From contig CM120648.1 in NCBI GenBank assembly GCA_051362555.1, forward strand, positions 4,832,587-4,896,586: 64,000 bases of DNA, read 5' to 3'. The translations under genes were made by a program, and so were the position numbers. Within the stretch, counting starts at the first letter, position 1. Each line of letters opens with the position of its first letter. Origin of the DNA: Lingula anatina. Its lineage: Eukaryota > Animalia > Brachiopoda. Under the pieces are notes generated by a model, which made no database searches, was not told the origin of the DNA, and saw only the letters and a program-made list of their open reading frames with translations. Positions 57,301 through 64,000 of this stretch are shown piece by piece.

Positions 57301-60300
57301 TAAAGTGGAAAAGATACGCAGACGAATGCCAGTAATTCAGTTACTGCTATTTAGAAAAAGGTGTGCCGAAGATGAAATGGGAAGACTATTTATTTCTTCC
57401 TTTCTCAGTTGTCCAAAAACATAACAAGCACCAATTTAAGCGAGATAATGGCGGTCTCGCTGGTTCTACCTGAAGTGGCGCTGTCTTGGCGCTTTCTTCT
57501 CCAGAAAGGTATTAATCAGAAGCTTTCATGAGTGATATTGTTTTCACTTGATTATTCAAGTGGCGGCGGTTAGTTTGTCGGACATCATTCAATCGCAAAG
57601 GTTGCTTTCTGGCACTTCTACCACAATTTAAACGCTGAGACCTCACGTCTATACAACTTTTGTCCTTTGACTTTTCCCCGATATTTGTATTATAATCATC
57701 ATTTCTTGTAAATCATTTGACATATCATTAAACGTGTATATATTTTTTAGCTTAATAAGTTATAGATTGTGACCGGCTATGGCCTGTAAAAAAGCCCAAC
57801 TGGTTGCATTGTAAAGACCAGACTCGTCTTCATCATCTGGCTTCAGGGGCTTCTCTAGCCAAATACCCCCCCCCCCCCCCCCCCCCCCCCCCCCGAGTAG
57901 ACGGCGGAAATTATTCACCACCAGTAAATTGTTGCTACTACCACCAGCCTGAGGAAGCACTTGGCATATGTCACAGCCCAAACTGTGGGCTTATTTTCTT
58001 CAGTTTACATGAGATGTCATATTCCGGATCTGTATGTATACGTTTATGTAAATATAGTATAGGTGAATAATCATTTGGCATGTGGGGCAGGCATCACACG
58101 TGATAAACAAACCCTTAACCAGGGCCGTCGTCGTTATGAACGTATACTTAAAATGTGAAGTTTAAGCGTTTATGGTGTCGTAAACAGTGATATGATACCT
58201 GAAAATCGGCAATAATGAAAATCTTTTAATTCGCGTTCAATGCTATTTTTCACATAGAAAGATTATGTACTTGATGTTTTCACACTTGTCGGTGGCAGTT
58301 GACGCAAACGCCTATGTCTCATGTCTCATTTGTCTGCTTTCAGATTTTCTAACGTATAATTTTTCAAGATGATGCACCATGTCAATATACAAGACATGTT
58401 TTCACGCTAATCTAACACCCAAGTCAAGACTTTTTTTCATACATTGCAGATTTGCGGCACACGAGTTCGGTCGCACATTGTGAAAATATATGTCATTAGA
58501 GAAGGGAAGGAAAACTGAAGTTAGTGCACAGTTCTACTATTATTTAATACATTGAGCACTAAAAATTTTAATATATTCACAGGTTCCGTACCAGGTTCTC
58601 TAACTGGTAGATAAGATCCAACAATTTTCAGCAGACTGATAGGAATATATTTCCATATCATTGCTGGCTTCCAACTTCTAGTTATTTACAAGTTCTGGTA
58701 TCTTTTTCTTCATTTAGCGAATGCGTTGGTAATTCATCAGCTACCCGCATGAAGAGGAGAACGGTGCAAGCTCAGTGCAGATGTAATAAATAAATGACAC
58801 TGATTCGAGTCAATTAAATCACATGCTTTTAACTTTTTAAAGACGCTATCCTGCGGATCCCGGGCATTTAAAAAATGATAAATCATATGTAGAATAACAT
58901 CAAGCTATTAAAGACGATTTTCTCTGTATCAGGTTTTACTCTTCTTCTGATAGTTTCGTACCAAGCAGATTAATCATAACTAAAACGGTACTTTAATTAT
59001 TATTATTGGAGATATTTCTCAGTTTACGGTTCCATTCAAAAGATAGGCAATTGAATTGTTACAGGATCCTTGGAATTTTTGAAGAGAGACATATACGAAG
59101 TGCAGCATATGTGTACACATTGATAAATACATTAAATGTAAAATAACCCGCATTCGGTCGCTCTGAGTTTCCAATAATGAGCATATCCACAGGTATATTG
59201 TGTCATAGTACACGTGCAATGAGGGACCACGATGACTGTATCAGATCGCAAGCAAAAGGTTTATATAATCGATTACATGTACGAACAGTTTGTTGTGATG
59301 GCTGGTCACGATGACATTTACCTAAAGCGCCATTTTCTTGTTGTACAAATCTGAGTAGCGTTTTCAGGATTTTCCAACTCTACCAATATATGCAAGTATA
59401 AACCATTCAAACCGCAATTTCTCTCCGTTTCTTTTTGTTATTCTGTAGTTTATAATTTAACATAGCGAGCAAAGACATTTCAATTTAAAGAGCACCATTG
59501 TTGGGATCCCTTCATTTCAGAGGAAAACATTGGCATCCAAAGATAACAAAATTCAGATTTTTAACGTGTTATGCAATAACGTCAATAAAGTCGCAAATTT
59601 TGAAGGTGCTTGTTATTATTTCTGGTGTTGTAAATATTTGGAAATGCTTGTGCAGGAGGTGATAAGTATGTCTACGTGTACACAGCCGATTCCAAGAGCG
59701 ATACGCGCGTGCCCTTGACGCTGTCCAGGTCTGGCGGTCTGTATTCGAGGACGCAATACTTAATTACTGGTAATTGCTTACCTATAATCAAATAAAATCT
59801 GACAAAAGGTCCCCAATTGTGCCTTTAATGGGTTGTAGAGTAGAGTTGGTCTTTGTTGAATTTGCCGGAATGTTGAAATAGAATTTTGACTTTATGACGT
59901 AATACGTGATCGGAAGTTTTAGCCGCTTTGTTGAATTTGGCGGAATGTTAAAAAGATTGGACTGACTTTAAGAGTTAATACGCGTACTAAAGAGCAGCCT
60001 TTGTCCAGTTGATAGAAATGTTGTAATGCATTAGTGGCCCCTTAAGGTAATTCGAATACAACAGAGTGGCCTTCATTTGATTTGTCGAACTTTTGAAACA
60101 ACGGATGGCTTAAAAGTAATACCTATTGAGAGTTGATCTTGGCGTTTGTATTTCTCTAGAAGGCTAAAACAAGACTCCCACAGAGCTAAGCGTTCGTAAG
60201 AAAGTAGCGTTGTTCGTGCATTAGTAGAAATCTTAGGCCTAACTGAGAAGTAAATACTGTCAAAAAGGTTTATAACCATTTACTTTCGTTTTACCAGTCG

Positions 60301-61824
60301 GTCAATATTGAAGAGAACTTCGTGTTAAAAGGGGAATGTTTGCAGCAGGGATGACCCCTTTTCTCATTAAAAGTAGTGAAAAAATAAGGCGGACACGGGT
60401 AATACGTGCACAGAATAAGAGACATTATGACTTTTGTCAGAATGTTGAAATTAATACCTATAAACTACGATGCTATATTGCATCCTAGCTGTAAATGAAT
60501 GAATAAATAAATAAACGAGTATATGTGCTCTTCTTTCTTTCAAGTCTTTACAGTCGACCATATTTCAGGTAACCAGAAGAAAGGTAGTTGAAGAATGGTA
60601 GTTGGGGAGGGCTGGTTACTTTGCCAGACTTCCAAAGTTGCAGTATGTTTGTGACAATAAACGGCCTACAATATCCCACTTCTCAATGCACATGTCACCT
60701 CTATCCTCTACCAGGGCCACAGATTGATTTTTCAGCAGATATTCACAGATATGTTTCTGGTTAATTCATGGCACATTTCTCCACTATGGAGAAAAGTACA
60801 CATAATTTTAATTAAGATCAGGGGCCCTGGTGGGTATGTCCCATCTTCTCAAAAAAAAATAATAATAATAATAGATAAATTAATTAATTAAAACAGTATG
60901 AGCATACACGTATTTAGAAATGACGAATTTATATCAAATGTCTCGTAAACAAAAATTATCCAAACTAACAGCTCTTTCTGTGAACAGTAGCCCGTATCAT
61001 GTGCCTTTGTGGTCTACCGATTGTTGTTTATTATATCAGCAAGCACTGAAGTCCGGGAGAGAGGTCACGATGTTTTGACCACGGGGTAGCGGAAGAGGAC
61101 GCACCGGTGACTAAAAATGACCACAGAAGACCGATTACAATTAGCGATTAAGGAAGTTAATTACAAAACGTGAGTGTGACCGTGTACGGAAGATGAAAGA
61201 CAGATGAATCACGGAACTCTGTAGGGGAGATTGGAGAAATAATTATATGGCTCTTTGATGAATATGTCGGAAGTATAAAGATAAACAAAGCCAATAGAAC
61301 AATAAGGTAAGGGAGGCATTGTTGTTGTTGTTGTCGTTGGGACACTGATTCACGAACGCGGGGACAGTTGTTAGCTGAGATAAGTACAAGGCCTTTTGAA
61401 GAAATTATGGAATTGAATAACATAAAATGAACAATACACCGCGTCATTGCGAATGCACCTGTAGAATTGTTTTCTAAAATTGATATTTATCTTACTTTGG
61501 TTCTCGATAAAATGCAATGAGACAGACGAAGGTCACCCTGAATATCCTTTTAACACACTGGGAAATAAACACAAATGATATAACAATACAACAAGGAATA
61601 TGAGTGATTATTAGTTTGGATATCGTTTTAACGAGGCCAGTGATAAATTGAACGTGTCGATGGAGCAGGTGTCGCTAACAGTGGACACTTCCGAAATGAT
61701 TTTGTGGTCAAAACTGCAGTATGTGTCATTAAAATCTGTGTGTTGAACGCCCACTTCACAGAGCATTCTGTTAGTAAATTAAGATCCAAACACCAAAATC
61801 AATATATTCAGGAAATTCCAAGAA

Positions 61825-62084
61825 CCGGGCTGGTTACACATGAAAACTTAAAACCGATGTTTGGGCCTTAGCATTAAAATGCCTAAGATTTAAATACTTG
61901 GTCTGCTACTGCAACTATCAGTTAAATCTGAAATAATAAACTAAAAACAAAATGTGCAGTAATTTAGAACATTAAGTCGACTTTAGTGGACTACTACGGA
62001 TATAGCTTGAAAAATAGAACAAGAATTGGTCTTAAAGTTAACATCAATCGTCGGTCTTAAAGGTTCTTTTGTGAACCAGGACCC
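61825..62084. mobile_element. Decayed MITE-like element with imperfect ~30-bp TIRs
   Basis: GGGCTGGTTACACATGAAAACTTAAAACCGA versus the reverse complement of the right end, GGGTCCTGGTTCACAAAAGAACCTTTAAGACCGA. Confidence 0.45.
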
Positions 62085-62309
62085 AATGATTCATAAAACA
62101 CAGCAGGAGACGGACAGGTGAGCCATTTGTGTCTGCCCATGACGTCATCGCGGTTTACCTGGTTTTAGGACACCGGAGCAATGTGTCTTTTTCAGGGGAA
62201 ATTTTTATACATTAAAGAGCTTCAAAATTTGAATAAAATTATTAATAAACATTTGGATCAAATTCTTAAGATTGCTTAAGTAGGTTACCAAAATTTGGCC
62301 ATAATAACG

Positions 62310-62353
<44 letters not shown>

Positions 62354-62597
62354 GTCCAAGACCAAAAAGAGTAACATTAGTTATAAAGGGTAGCAATGTC
62401 TTTATGCTTGGCAAAGGGCTTTTTATTTTTTATAGAGAATTATGGCGCTGACATAGGCTTTAAAGGCGTATTTGTGTCACGTTTTTTGTAAACGGCGTGA
62501 GTAAATTAACTCCATATAGACTACTTGAAAGAAAAATAATGTTCAAAGATAGCAGTTTAAGTCACGATTTCAGATAAGTTATGTTAATGGATTATTA

Positions 62598-62640
<43 letters not shown>

Positions 62641-62884
62641 GCCCAAGACCAAAAAGAGTAACATTAGTTATAAAGGGTAGCAATGTCTTTATGCTTGGCA
62701 AAGGGCTTTTTATTTTTTATAGAGAATTATGGCGCTGACATAGGCTTTAAAGGCGTATTTGTGTCACGTTTTTTGTAAACGGCGTGAGTAAATTAACTCC
62801 ATATAGACTACTTGAAAGAAAAATAATGTTCAAAGATAGCAGTTTAAGTCACGATTTCAGATAAGTTATGTTAATGGATTATTA

Positions 62885-62927
<43 letters not shown>

Positions 62928-63176
62928 GCCCAAGACCAAAAAGAGTAACATTAGTTATAAAGGGTAGCAATGTCTTTATGCTTGGCAAAGGGCTTTTTAT
63001 TTTTTATAGAGAATTATGGCGCTGACATAGGCTTTAAAGGCGTATTTGTGTCACGTTTTTTGTAAACGGCGTGAGTAAATTAACTCCATATAGACTACTT
63101 GAAAGAAAAATAATGTTCAAAGATAGCAGTTTAAGTCACGATTTCAGATAAGTTATGTTAATGGATTATTATCATT
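62310..63176. repeat. Tandem repeat, 3 x 287 bp, each unit led by (ATT)n
   Basis: Unit anchors GyCCAAGACCAAAAAGAG at 62354, 62641 and 62928; units near-identical. Confidence 0.93.
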
Positions 63177-64000
63177 CTTATATATTTATGTCCTACGTCG
63201 TTGAATGCTTTATGTTAGCATATTATAGGACATTTGAATCACGATTTTGAAAATCTTGTGAACTGTTATCAGCCGTCTACGTGGTCCGGATATATTGGTC
63301 AATTAATCCGTTTTATTTATCTTTAAAGCGTCCACGTGATATTAATGAAAATATTATGATGAGTCAATTAATGTTGAATCAAAACGTGGAGGTGTACTTC
63401 CATTTTTAAAGGTGGTGGTTAAATGAGTCATATATTGTTAAAAACACATAGTCACGATATTTCATTATAGGATAGATTAAAATCTCCTAGACACGCTTGA
63501 TTTATTTTACGTCCGGAATAGTATACTTCATTTTAAGAACCTCTTTGGATGGGTTGATTGATTAGGGGAAATAAACAGCAGGTGAGTCATCTGAAAACTT
63601 ATGAACGAGTCAGTTGAATAATTATGATATTTTTGCAGTCTTTTGAGCATGTTCACAATTTTCTTGTAGAAAAGATATCACTGATGTTTTGATACAAATC
63701 GTTGAATGTTTTCGCTGAGACGCCGGTTTCATATCTACTGTTCTCTTCGTTTTGCCCTCACGTTGCTTTCTAAGTTGTGCCGTCACGTGGGCCGCGTTCG
63801 GCCTCAACAACGGCAGGACTTTCCGCAGACCCCTTTAAGGTATTTCACAGGGTCGTGTGAGTCGTAAAAACGCAATAAATTCCACAATAAAGCTTTTATT
63901 TGTCATCGGATTTAGTTCAAATAAGTTAGGTAGAAGCATACGATAGCGGATTGTAATGACCCCGGAGTGTTATCGCCGCCCTAGTGATTTGCGATATGGC

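Overview
Eukaryotic (metazoan, probably invertebrate, possibly mollusc/lophotrochozoan) genomic DNA. There are two main components. (1) A complete, very young 10.6-kb Ty3/Gypsy LTR retrotransposon (12998-23625, + strand). It has 281-bp LTRs that are identical by eye, a 4-bp AGAG target-site duplication, a tRNA-Leu-type PBS, a PPT and a -1 frameshift signal between gag and pol. Its accessory content is unusual: a ComEA/EEPD1-like helix-hairpin-helix domain at the Gag N-terminus, a PHD finger at the integrase C-terminus, and, in the slot where env sits in retroviruses, an intact 800-aa ORF with two CCHC knuckles fused to a TatD-family nuclease. That ORF appears to be expressed from a spliced subgenomic RNA (donor in the LTR, acceptor directly before its ATG). 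(2) Two tandem four-exon hairy/Enhancer-of-split (Hes) bHLH-Orange-WRPW paralogues on the minus strand (26249-28277 and 50584-53916). They share conserved promoter and intron-2 modules, and an orphan copy of the promoter module lies between them at about 38.0-38.25 kb. The rest is AT-rich intergenic DNA with a core-repeat non-autonomous element, small MITEs, microsatellites and a 3x287-bp tandem repeat. All calls were made by eye; no database search was run.
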